Translations under genes and position numbers: made by a program
Notes under the pieces: generated by a model
Seen by the model: the letters and a program-made list of their open reading frames with translations, nothing else
The model's database searches: none
Told to the model about the DNA's origin: nothing
NCBI RefSeq assembly: GCF_006345805.1
Contig: NC_042999.1
Location: 76,942,001-77,006,000, forward strand
Reading direction: 5' to 3'
Source: Octopus sinensis
Lineage: Eukaryota
Length of the DNA: 64,000 nt
Shown here: positions 41,076-53,620 of the stretch, in pieces
Numbering within the stretch: the first letter of the stretch is position 1
Layout: each line of letters opens with the position of its first letter

Positions 41076-41378
41076 ATAATTAAGTATTCTCAAATATAAC
41101 TCTCATTCTGTATATATATATATATATTGTGTGTGTGTGTGTGTGTGTTGCAAGACCCCTATAAGCTTTGGAGAGAACCTGAAATAATGCATCTCGAAAG
41201 CTATTCGTAATAGTATGTAAATATAGGGTCGGAAAACCATGTTGAATACGAAAATTTGAATGCAGCTTCCGACTTTTAACCAAAAGGGTTTTTCCACCAG
41301 TACTTACATGCTATTATTGATACCTTTATGTGTGTGCTTCAAGATATACTCAAAAAGAATTACGCGTGTGTGTGTGTA

Positions 41379-41479
<101 letters not shown>

Positions 41480-41490
41480 CACACACACAC

Positions 41491-41689
41491 ATTTCTGAGT
41501 TATTTCATCACCACAGAATAACTGTTCGGCTAGAGGTGGTGCTGCTAAATTCTTGTTCGAATAGATCTATTTTATTAGATCAGTGACTGTGTGTCACTTT
41601 GGAAACTATATATTTCGAACAAGAACTTAGCAGCACCATCTCTAGCCAAACAGTTAGTCTGTGCTGATGAAAGGAAATAACCCAGAAAT
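41491..41689. repeat. ~73-bp imperfect inverted repeat with a ~50-nt spacer (foldback/MITE-like)
   Basis: 41491-41561 pairs with 41614-41689; the spacer carries a mini-hairpin AGTGAC-TGTGT-GTCACT. Confidence 0.8.
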
Positions 41690-41945
41690 CGCGATACACA
41701 GATATTGTTTTGTGGTGAGTGAGGATGCTAAACTCTCTTGTTCGGAAATATACGAACACAGATAGTGTGTCGTATAGCCTGCTAGAGACGATGTTTCCTG
41801 GGGCTAAGTAGCAGTAGCATTCGTCCTAACCAGGACTGCCACGTTACGATGGCAAATGATTTTTACTCTAGAGTACTGTTACTGAATGTCTCTCGTTTAG
41901 AGACTTACAAATAACAATTTATACACACGCACACACACACACACA

Positions 41946-42075
<130 letters not shown>

Positions 42076-42539
42076 ATGCCTTTACTTTTATACCGGATAC
42101 GTTTCTGAACATGGGTATAAAAGCTGAATTTCCGAATATTGAATTATTGTATTACATATTAATTAGAGGGTTCCGTTTTCCTGAGAGCTAGGAATGTTGG
42201 AATGTACAAACCTTGAGTCATTGAATTACATCTTAATTAGCAAGTTCCGTTCTCATGTAAGTTACTATATTTATCTGCAGAATTGTGATGATCACATTAG
42301 TCCCTACGTCTTCTGCAAAGTCATTACAATAGTATCCAGTGTTGCCGCATACATCATAACGAAAGATCTACGAACTTTTGATAAAAGTCATTTCTTCTTA
42401 ACTTGCCTTTCATCCGTCCACAAAGTGGGTACCTGTTGAGCACTAAATTCGACATAGTTGGCTCCCTCTTCATGACTGATACCATGGGTCATTCGTTGAT
42501 GGATGCTTTTGGTCAACAAAAGATTTTAGTTTATTTATC

Positions 42540-42749
42540 TGCATGGCTGTGTGATTAAGAAGCTAGGTAGTTCGGTTTGCAACCACTTGATTTCAGGTTC
42601 AATACCACTGCGCTGCGCGGTACCTTGGGCGAGTGTTTTCAACAATAGCCTCGGATTGACCAATGCCTTGCGAGAGAATTTGGTCACGGAAACTGCTTGG
42701 AAGTCCGTCATATGTACTTGCATGTGTTTGTGAGTATGCTTGCGCGCGC

Positions 42750-42786
<37 letters not shown>

Positions 42787-43005
42787 TGTGTGCGTGTGTG
42801 TGTGTGTGCGTGTTTGTGTGTGCGTGTGTGCGTGTATGTTTGTCTTTATACCTGTGTTTGTCCCACTACCACTGCTGCCAGACAACCGACAAAATAAGTA
42901 CCAGACTTTAAAAATTAATAGTGTGTATCAATCTTTTCGACTAAAGCCCTTCAAGGCGGTGCCTTACTGTGGCTGCAATCCAATGAGTAGAATAAATAAA
43001 AGATA
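42540..43005 (+). mobile_element. tRNA-derived SINE with internal (TG)n
   Basis: Homologous to 3275-3675 in the opposite orientation. Confidence 0.8.
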
Positions 43006-43464
43006 AAGGACTTGCTTATTACTGCGTGGGATAATATAAATATTTTTTTAAAGATGAAAATAAACTCACAATTTGGGAGCAATTCAATTTAAATTTTCAA
43101 TCTTTTCGACAGTATTTGGAAAAATAGTAACAGTACATCCCAGTAAAATTTGTGTGTGTATGTGTGTGTGTATGTGTGTGTGTATGAGTGTATGTGTGCG
43201 TGCGTATGTGTGTGTGTGTGTGTGTGTTGTGTGTGGATACATATTACAGAATGACGGGAATGCGTTCTTACATTTCTTTTATTTCCCTATACACCTGTGT
43301 ATTATTTTCAATGACTCATTCTCTGCACGCTTCAGCTTTTTGTCATTAATTCTTCGTGTCCTTCTTTCAAGTCCAATGCAACCAGGTAGAACATCGTATG
43401 AGTAACCAACACATGGGTGAAAAATTCAAGAAATATGAGCTCAGTGAGGTTAAGATTAAAAACA

Positions 43465-43487
43465 AACTACATGCATTTTTAGCAGCT

Positions 43488-43539
<52 letters not shown>

Positions 43540-43778
43540 CAGCAGCAGCAGCTGTAGTAGTAATAGTAGTAGTAGTAGTAGTAGTATGGTGGTGGTGGTA
43601 GTAATAGTAGTAGTAGTAGTGGAATGGTGGTGGTGGTGGTGGTGGTGATAGTAGTAGTAGTAGTAGTAGTAGTAGTATAGTAGTAGTAGTAGTGGAATGA
43701 TGATGGTCGTCGTCGTTGTCATCGTCGGTGGTGGTGATGGTGGTGGTGGTGGTGGTGGTGGTGATAGTAGTAGTAGTA

Positions 43779-43811
<33 letters not shown>

Positions 43812-43876
43812 AATGATGATGGTCGTCGTCGTTGTCATCGTCATCGTCGTCGTCGTCGTCGTCCGTCGTCGTCGTC

Positions 43877-43919
<43 letters not shown>

Positions 43920-43945
43920 CAGCAGCAGCAGCAGCAGCAGCTCAG
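43465..43945. repeat. Compound (GTA/GGT/GTC/GCA)n microsatellite
   Basis: Directly visible. Confidence 0.95.
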
Positions 43946-44599
43946 TGGGTTGTGACGATTAATAAAGAAAATAGTGATAGTGGCGTTGTGTGTGTTGGTG
44001 GGCATGAACATAAATATTTGTGGCGTTTTTGTATTAGTGTTGGTTATCCTATCTATGGATATGACATCTATCGCAGTAATATAATACAACATGAGAGCCA
44101 TTTCTTTTCCGACGAAGTAAGCCAACAGCAAAGTTTATTTTCAAACGTCATCATCGATCTAAACTTATGTTGTTTGTATTTTCAATACGATTCGTGACGA
44201 GTTTGACTCTCACTAACCAGCCAACTCTGAGTTACTGGTGTTTCGTTAATCCTGTAGTTCTGAGTTCAGGACATTTTGTGTGTTTCGTTTGGATAGCAAC
44301 AGTCTCTGTCAGACTAAATCATAAAACTGAAGAATACGTTTAGTCTCTGACCCAACGAATTATCAGCTTCACACAAACTTTCACACGCCTACGTGTAATG
44401 TGGTCCTATTTGTCTATCGCGTTTTGAATTACATATAAATGATAAATGCCGTCATCGTTATGAGACCTGTCATCTGTATGTGTATTATATACATAGGCGC
44501 AAGCATGGCTGTGTGGATAAAATATTCGCTTTGCAACTATTTAGTTTCGCTTTCAATCCGACTGTGTGGCATCTTGGGTAAACGTTTTGTAAAAGTAAA

Positions 44600-45170
44600 G
44601 GTAAAGAACCTTCTCGAGTCATACCGACTCATAAAGGTGGGTTTTCCAGTTTCATGATGCATAAATGTTCTCCAACTGGAAGGGACGCCTTCTCATTTTG
44701 CCAGCTGAGTGACTGGAGCAACGTGAAATGAGGTGTTTTGCCTAAGAATACAACGCGTCACCAGGTCCGGGAATCGAAACTACAATCTTACGACCATGAG
44801 TCCAAAACCCTAACCATGAAGCCACACGCACCCCAACAAACGTCTTGTATCGTAACCATAAGTCAAACAAAATCTTGTGTGCAAATTATGGAAGAACAAA
44901 AATGCTGTGCACATTCAACTTAACACCACCACAAGACATATTTAGCGACGTACACACTGCTGCTAGCATGGACACCGATATGAGAATAACTACCTCCCAA
45001 CAGTCTCAGGAAAAGTGGAGGCGTGTGGCTTAGTGGTTAGGGTGTTGAACTCATGGTCGTAAGATAGGGGTTTCGATTCCTGGACGAGAAAACTTCGTTT
45101 CACGTTGCTTCAGTTCACTCAGCTGGCAAAAGTGAGTAATCTGGCGTCCCATCCAGTGGGGGGGGGATAT
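44600..45170. mobile_element. Two related tRNA-SINEs in divergent orientation (minus ~44600-44832, plus ~45015-45170)
   Basis: Shared TTTCACGTTGCT.CAGT.CACTCAGCTGGCAAAA core in opposite orientations; tRNA A and B boxes are visible in both. Confidence 0.75.
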
Positions 45171-46349
45171 AAACACCACAAAAACCTGAAAACCCACCTT
45201 ATGACTTTATATGATTCCGAGAGGAGCTTTAACAGTCTCGGAGGTCCTGAAATTCTTCCTTTGGCTCACTATAAAAGTTGTGAAGTTTCTAAATTGCCGC
45301 GTTATCAACTGCAGCCAACAGCCAGTGAAAAGTTCTTAAAATTTCTTACGATATCAGAAAAATATTAAAATATTATATTACAGACATGCATCTTTTTTTT
45401 TTTTTTTTGACAACCCAGAAATGATGAATGACTTTGTTAACTCAAACGCTATTTGGACCTGCAATTTAAAGAGATGGCAGGAAATTTTGCCAGTAAGATA
45501 TTCGTTCAGACTTTTTGTAGCTTCTACCGAGTCACCATCCTTTTAATATGGAGATATAAACACTTCAAAGTGGTCACTTGAACTTCCTTAAATCGCAACC
45601 AAACACGACTCAAAACCATACTATTGTCTGAAACAAAGCAGGACAGGTTGGATGATGTAGTACTAATACACTATAGCTGTAAAATGAAGTGATAGTCACG
45701 CTTAGAATGTCTTTGATCATAAGTCATCATATTAAGAGTAGGCCAGGGGCTAAAACAATAGCAATTATTTTCTATTTAGTATTTTAAAAGAATATTAAGG
45801 AATTCGACTAATGTTATTTTATAGATTCCATTTTGTGTGACAGTGCACGCGCGTGTGTGCGTATATATATGTATGTATGTGTGTTTGTGAGTGTGAGTGA
45901 ATGTGTGGTTGAAGGAGAAAGAGAAAGTGTGTGTGTGTGTAAGTGTGTATTTGAGTGAGAAAGAGAGAGAGAGGGAGAGATAGTGTGTGTGTGTGTGTGT
46001 GTGTGCGTGCGCGTGTGTGTGTGTGTGTGAATCTGTTCATTGCGTGTGAGCCGTATACCTGAGTCTGTATGTGTATATATGTGGGGAGGGTGTGAAGCTG
46101 TTATTTTTGTTTTTACTTTCGAATAAGTGCGTGGAAAGAAAATGTGAAAGAGGTATTAAGAGTATTTTGACCGTGACTTGTGAACTGATGTGTGGCAAAA
46201 TTCGTTGAGAGCGATATCAAATCCCAAGAATTTGGATGGTAATGGCACTTGTAATTATACACATGCAGAAAGGTGGTTCCAGAAAGTTCTAGATAGCTTC
46301 ATATACGTGTGTGTGTGTGCGTGTGTCCGTGTGTGTATGTGTGTATATA

Positions 46350-47150
46350 TCTCTATATTATAAATCTGAAATGCGAAAAGTTTGTTTGTTTGTTTGTCTG
46401 GTTTTGGCATTGAGAACGGGTTAAAGGCCACTAGATCCCGTCAGATTGACTCCAAAATTTACAGGGACATGTAAAATGAGGTGAGGATGCGAGTGGGCAT
46501 AGAAATCCCTATCTTAAAAGGTGTCGTTGCTAGGGCCAAAAACGCACTTTGACAAGTCTACTCTCATTCTTTTATGTATCTGTCTTCCTCCGTCACTCAC
46601 TCTTTCCTCCCTTCCCATCACTTTCTATATATAACGTCGTTTCACAGCGTCTAACTCCCCTTCACTTTCTCTTTATAACGTCGTCAAACAGCGTTCTATA
46701 TCTCCCCCCCTCCCCGCCTTCGACAGCGCTTTCACACACTCTCTCTCTCTCTCCCTCTCTCTACGTCTGTCTGCATTCATAAACAGAATTATCATCGCCA
46801 CCACCACCACACAATCATGAGAACAAATATGAATCAGATATTTATTGGTTTAATTTATGTGTGTGTGTGTGTGTGTGTGTGTTCTATATATAAATATGTA
46901 TATATAATGTTTATATACAAAGTGTATATAGCTGTATTTATGTATATTAAACTTTTTAATACTTTTTGATAGTTATATATATATTTTTTTAATTATAAAT
47001 ATAAATTAATAATTTTAATTTTAAATTTAAATAATTAAAATTTTTTAATTTTATATTTTATATATTTTGTATATTATATTTTCATTTTTATGTTTTGGTT
47101 TATGTTTTTGACTGTTTGATTTGCCTAATAGTGGTTTTATCTCTAATTTA

Positions 47151-47208
<58 letters not shown>

Positions 47209-47416
47209 GAAACATAACGATGTAAGAAATTTGAAAAGTTGAACGCGAAACCAGTCATTTCTTCAAAAACTATGTCATTGTATGAAAAAAATTTATAACA
47301 TTCTTCTGACTCAAATATATTTTTTTTAACCTTTTAAAACAAGCCTTCTGTAGTTTTTTCACTTTTTACTATTTTCTATATATTCAATCACGTGCTTTCA
47401 CACACCAACTTTCTCA

Positions 47417-47457
<41 letters not shown>

Positions 47458-48661
47458 TTATTTATATATAATTTGTATACATTTGTATATATAATGCGTA
47501 CACACACACACATATATATATATATAATGTGTATATATATATATATAATGTGTGCATTATGTGGTCGGTTGGCGAGTTTGCATGGCAACTATTTTTTTCC
47601 TCAAATGAAAGGCGTGACCTTTAGAACAAAATTCCTCATCTTATAAAATGCGACCCGAGTAGATCCGAATGAAATCGGGTTATACTAACCAAAATGTGAA
47701 AAGGGGTCTAAATGGGGCTTGAAGGAGATTTAAATTTACAGGAGCGGGTGTTTAGGAATTCTCTGTTACATCAAGCTAAAAAATTTGCGCCAGCCTTTTA
47801 ATCGTTAATGTGTTGCCGTCCATGATGAAGAAGTTTGCCATGGTGAGTCTACTGTCGTGAGAAAGAATCACTTCAAAGCTTGGTGTTTAGGAATTTTCTT
47901 TTACATCAAGTTCAAAATTTTACGCCAGCCGTTAAACTGCCACTATGTTACTGTCCGTCGTTAAGAAATGCCAGCCATGGTGACTCTACTATCCCCAGAT
48001 TCTATCCCTTCAAACTTTGGTTTCCAATATTTTATTATTTTTATTCAGCTTGCATGTTCGTCTGTCCCTTTTAAATGTTAGTGTTTCGCTTTCTGCCTTG
48101 AAGCAGACCTTTCCGTTGATCTTTTAAACTACTTTCTTTCTCAACTTACTCAACATCTTTTGTTGTTTATAAATGGGAGAGATAGAGAAAGACAGAAAGT
48201 AAGAGAAAGCGAGGGAGAGTCCGAGAGAAAGGAAGAGTAAGAGAGTGGGAAAGGGAGAGAAAAAGGAGAGAGAAACAAAGAGGGAGAATCATCATCATCG
48301 TTTAACGTCCGTTTTCCGTGCTAGCACGGGTTGGACAGTTTGACCGGGGTCTGGGAAGCCAGGAGGATGCACCAGGTTCCAGTCTGATCTGGCAGTGTTT
48401 CTACAGCTGGATGCCCTTCCTAACGCCAACCACTCTGTGAGTGTAGTGGGTGCTTTTTTCGTGCCGCCGGCACAGGTGCCAGGGGGGGCTGGCAGCGGCC
48501 ACGATCGGTTGGTGCTTTTTACGTGCCACCGGCACAGAAGCCAGTCAAGGCGGCGCTGCAATCGGCCACGTTCGGGTGGTGCTTTTTACGTGCTGAAAGG
48601 AAGCAACAGAAAGTAACAACCACACACTTACCCGCGCGTAGAGCGGGTCACCTTAAGCTAG
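46350..48661 (+). mobile_element. Complete non-autonomous Helitron
   Basis: 5' A|TCTCTATATTATAAA; 3' hairpin ACCCGC-GCGTAGA-GCGGGT (48630-48648), then 9 nt, then CTAG|T (48658-48662). It sits between A and T with no TSD. The 5' region is homologous to the RepHel-bearing element at 62346+. Confidence 0.85.
48288..48593 (-). mobile_element. RTE-tailed SINE 3' portion nested in the Helitron
   Basis: The minus strand ends ...GTGCTAGCACGGAAAACGGACGTTAAACGATGATGATGAT; three internal GGTGCTTTTT.CGTGC repeats. Confidence 0.75.
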
Positions 48662-48662
48662 T

Positions 48663-48960
<298 letters not shown>

Positions 48961-49071
48961 TATATAAATCAGCATAAGATCGTTAATTTAATTATCGATC
49001 GTTAATTTAATTATCGATCTTATCAAGTGGCCAACATGGGAATAAAAACCTTCAAAGGTAATAATTATTAT

Positions 49072-49225
49072 TAAAATTATGATTTAGGGTATCCAAGAGA
49101 TACCTCCACGCTGAAAATAGCAGCCAAAACTTGACTCTAAGACCACATTAAATTTTATGTGGTTTCAGAGTTAAGTTTTGGCTGCTTATTCCAGCGTGGA
49201 GTTGATACCCTAAATTATAATTTTA
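49072..49225. repeat. Near loop-less palindrome with ~75-bp arms
   Basis: TAAAATTATGATTTAGGGTATC...CTCCACGCTG...GCAGCCAAAACTT.ACTCT...ACCACAT matches the reverse complement of the right half. Confidence 0.85.
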
Positions 49226-49259
49226 GATATATATATACACACACATACACATATATATG

Positions 49260-49293
<34 letters not shown>

Positions 49294-52200
49294 CAGTGCG
49301 GATGACAGGCAAGCAGAGAGAAAAGATAGATAGGTAAGTAGCTGCACTTAGGTATTCATGAATAAAAAAAAGGTATGTAAGATAGATGGAATTTTATAGT
49401 GATATGAATTTATTCATATATACTGTTTCACTACGAGCTCCCAATATATTACAACCTTAAAAATGAACATAAATCCAGAATATTTATAGCAGAAATTTCA
49501 GATAAATTTGGTATCTCTTAAGCATTGAACTAACAGATCAAAATTTTGCACAAAAACATTTGATACAAAGAACACATAGGGTAAATCCTTTGACATATTC
49601 GTCACTGTACTTAAGGCAGCCTTACTTAGCCAAAAATACTACCACCAACAGCCATGGATGACAAAAAGCGATCATATTTTTCTATATATAGATGTAAGCC
49701 TCTTAAGATAAGTGTGCTAACATAGTCAACATTTATTTTCAGGAACTCAAATTTAAAAGAAGAGAAATTTCAGTGACAAGATTGTTGAACGCCAGGCTTA
49801 ATACCTTCTGGTATTTAGTTTCGGCTCTGTTCGTTTTGAGTTCAAAATCCTTCAAGGGGTGACTTCCTCTTCCTTTAAGCTGAATTTTATCAAATAAATA
49901 TTCATATCTCTTTGTCAATGGTAAAAATCAATATATTTATCGAAAGCACAAGATTAATCACACAAACATATTGTATTGCTTAAAATAGATAGGTATCAAC
50001 AAATAAAACAAAACTGGAACGCTATATATTGGAGTTCTAAATAGAAAAACGTATTCTTCAACACCTTTGCAACCATAGAAGAAATAGTCATCGGTTAAAA
50101 AGATTTCATAATATCCATAGCATTTTAAACAACACTTTAAAAGCTATGCATAATATAATTCATTCTGATTTTGGCGCTAGGCCAGCAATTTTAGAAGAGT
50201 GGATAAGTCGAGTTCATCGATCGAGAAAGAGTGAAGATGTTAACTACAAATAACAAACATCTAATTCTGAGCTGAAAGAAAATCATCCAGATGATAGCTC
50301 AACTTTCGTTTTTACAAGATGCCTTACATACAGAGAACTTAAAATATCTATAAATAATTTATAAAATGGAAAAGCAGTACGTCTTAAACATCTCCATGTA
50401 AGAGCTAAATCAATTTAACAAGTCTGTAACAACTAAACTAACTCCCTCACAAATAAAATAATAAGGTGTGGTGGGAATGGAAGGCAATCGCTCTTTTCAA
50501 ACTAGTGAAGGGTCTACAACAATCGAAAATTTTCTCTTTTGTTACACAAGCTTTGTGGTTGTTTAATTTCAAGCAAGATCCCTGTTACTAAACCAGATTC
50601 TATCTGAAAAAATAACTGATTTTTTTTTATTTCAGCATATATTGAAGATGGATTTCTGCAAAATTAAAAATTACGGAAAGTTTGGGGTTTTTTTCATCTT
50701 ATTATCGCTCTCGATAGACTTAAACACCACTTAATATATAATTTAACACATGACATGATCTCACGCGGCTCATTAGTGGAATAATAGGAAACGGACGCTT
50801 CTTTGTGATACTAAATAGTATGAAGAGTCGTACTGGAAAATTAGGAAACTATCTTACCTTAGTTTAGGATACTGGCTCTATTGTTCTACATCTGTACAGA
50901 TGATCAATTGAAATATATCATGTCTTAACTAAATGGATGATTTGTGTAGTGTGCCAAAGAGGAAATTTTCAGCACGGTCAAAACAATCCTGAGTGTTACT
51001 TTAAATAATCTAAGCTCTTCTTATAAAGACAACCATTTAAATTGATCGTATAGTCAAAAACAAAGGTGAAATACTGCCAGAATCCGAAATATTTTGATGT
51101 GCTACTAGACGACTGTAGTTGAACTTACAGGGAACAGTTAATCTAAGGACCAAAGGGAGCACCCTCAGAATAATACACATAAAATGATAACTTTCCAGAT
51201 GGAATATAAATCCTCAAACATTCAGAATAACAACAACCAACTCAGTCGTTTATTTGAACTGGACCTTCCTACATACAAGATACCGTTTTTAATGAGACAG
51301 CTTCACAAACATTGATACTTTATCTAGCAACACCATTCATGGTATTAGAAATCAGAATGAATCCATCCAATTACCAGCTTTTCAGGAAAAAAATGGAACA
51401 AATTACGTCCAATCTGTAAGTTTCTAAGTATGGTTACCTATACCCAATCAATATGTTTTCAGGAAAGGAGATTCAAAAATCAACCTTACGCGAGCTATTC
51501 TGTAGATTATGAGTGCATTGTTTACAAGTAATATCAATATTTAATTTTCTTGTTTGTGGGGAAATACTCTTTGTTAAAAGTGGAATGTGAACCGGCAAGA
51601 AAATGTACATGTCTGATTAATATAACAGTTGGAGTTGTGAAGTTTACGACTTAGATGTTTGCCATTGAATTTATAAATTACATGTTATTAGTAGCGTGTT
51701 TGTGACTTTACATGGCTTTATGAATTTTCTTTTTTTTAATTTTAATGTTGTCGTAGTGTAACATTCATGATAGTAAAAGGTTTGGTATAATGTATGCTGT
51801 GTTGATTATGATTATTCTATAATTTTCATTTAATCCTTGTAATACACTTTACGCATGGTTATGGAGATGAGAAATGTATAGAGTTATACGTGTGTATTCA
51901 CCATTAAGACTGAAAAGACAACCAATATATTTAGAAATGTGAACGCAGAATGGTAAGAATTGCGGACGAAATACACATATGAATAATTCTCTCAAGCACA
52001 CATTCGTGCGCAAAATACCACAAACACACACACACACACACATACTGATAAGCACGCACATGTACATTGCTGTACACGTATATGTAAAGAGGTGTGTAGT
52101 TGTATAGAAATAAATAATGCCATTAACGATTCATTGCAACTCCCCAAATTCTTCTTGCCCTCTCTGTATCTCGCCTGACGTTTTAATTTCCACGGCTATA

Positions 52201-52466
52201 TAATCAGAAGATCACGCATATTAATTTTTTTTTCAAATATACACATATATTGCTTTCACATAAATAATTTTTTAATGTTTTTATACCGTTATATTTTCAT
52301 TGATCCCGAACGATTCTCTCTATTTATCAATTTCAGCGCTATTTTTCTGCCACCTACATTTGTTTTCTTTTATTCTTGTACATCTATTGGCATCATCTAT
52401 TTCTATGCATCAATATGCTCCATTATACATATTTGAACACTGTGTGTGTATACGTGCGTGTCAGAA

Positions 52467-52498
<32 letters not shown>

Positions 52499-52503
<5 letters not shown>

Positions 52504-52757
52504 GTTAGACGAAATAACGGAAACACCTTAAAATTTCAAACAAAATTATTTTAATATGGGGTAGGACCGCCTTTGGCAGTAATTACAGCTTGAATTCTAC
52601 GAAGGAAGTAGAGACTCGTACAAAGTTTGAATTGTTTCCAAAAGAATTTTTGCCCATTCTTCAGCTAAAACAGTCTCCAGTTCTTGTAGTGATGATGGTG
52701 GAGGATATCGACTCTTGTTTTTCTAAAATGCACCAAAAATGTTCAATAATATTGAGT
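52499..52757 (-). mobile_element. Tc1 3' fragment with TIR
   Basis: The minus strand reads LNIIEHFWCILEK..SRYPPPSSLQELETVLAEEWAKILLETIQTLYESL..RIQAVITAKGGPTPY*. A TIR GGGGTTAGACGAAATAACGGAAACACC lies next to (TA)n. Confidence 0.85.
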
Positions 52758-52976
52758 AAGTTATTTTCGTAATATTTTCCCATTATGCACCGGTTTGGGT
52801 ATTTATACCCCCCGAAAACCCCTAAAATCTCAACAATCACTTGTCCGATTTACGAGAAACTTGTTTTATTCCGTTCGTATTCACATTTCAGAACTTATTT
52901 CTTAGTATTTTCCCATTATGTGCCAGTCTGGCTGGGTAACATTGCAAGCAAGCAAGATTCAAGCTCACTTTTAATG

Positions 52977-53038
<62 letters not shown>

Positions 53039-53329
53039 GGGGGCAAGATAGCAACAACCTAAACAGAATCTTTCTTCAGCTGTCGACTGAAGATCAAGGT
53101 AATTTCAGGGCATTAACAAAAGAATTACTCACTTAATGCAGCGTGCCCAGACTGTCGTCTAGGACTGATCGACATACAAAAACAATAAACGAAAATTAAG
53201 CGAAATATTAGCTCGTATGACTAAGACAAACAGAGCACAGAACTAAGTTATGCAGAATATTAGACAGTAAGGTACTGCGACCAGAATGTAAAAAAAAAAG
53301 GAAACGAACAAGTAACGAATGTGTAAAGA

Positions 53330-53620
53330 CAGCCTTTGAACATAGAGACAGGTCGGAGAGCAAAGTGACCAGCAATAGATCTGAGATCAAAAAAAGGAAC
53401 GAGGTTTGCAAGACAGTAGAATATGAATACTGGAAAGACAAAGGTATTATGGAAAGGTTAGGATCTATCAGTGAGAAGATATCATTCAAGTATTTGAATG
53501 GGTGTTGAGAAAACATGCTAAATTGTGTGTGTGATTGTGAGAGATTGTGAGTGGCGGTCTTAGAGACCACCATACTACAAGGTTGATGGTGCGGCGGAAA
53601 CAAATAACACTTAATAAAAG
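53330..53620 (+). mobile_element. Heavily decayed RTE-like LINE 3' region
   Basis: Patches TAFE... and TTILQG* resemble the AFEM...TILQG.VEG motif; weak evidence. Confidence 0.4.

Noticed and set aside
51295-51425. Short open frame ending at TCT|GTAAGT
   Set aside because: Weak acceptor, no recognisable peptide, and expected by chance in 64 kb.
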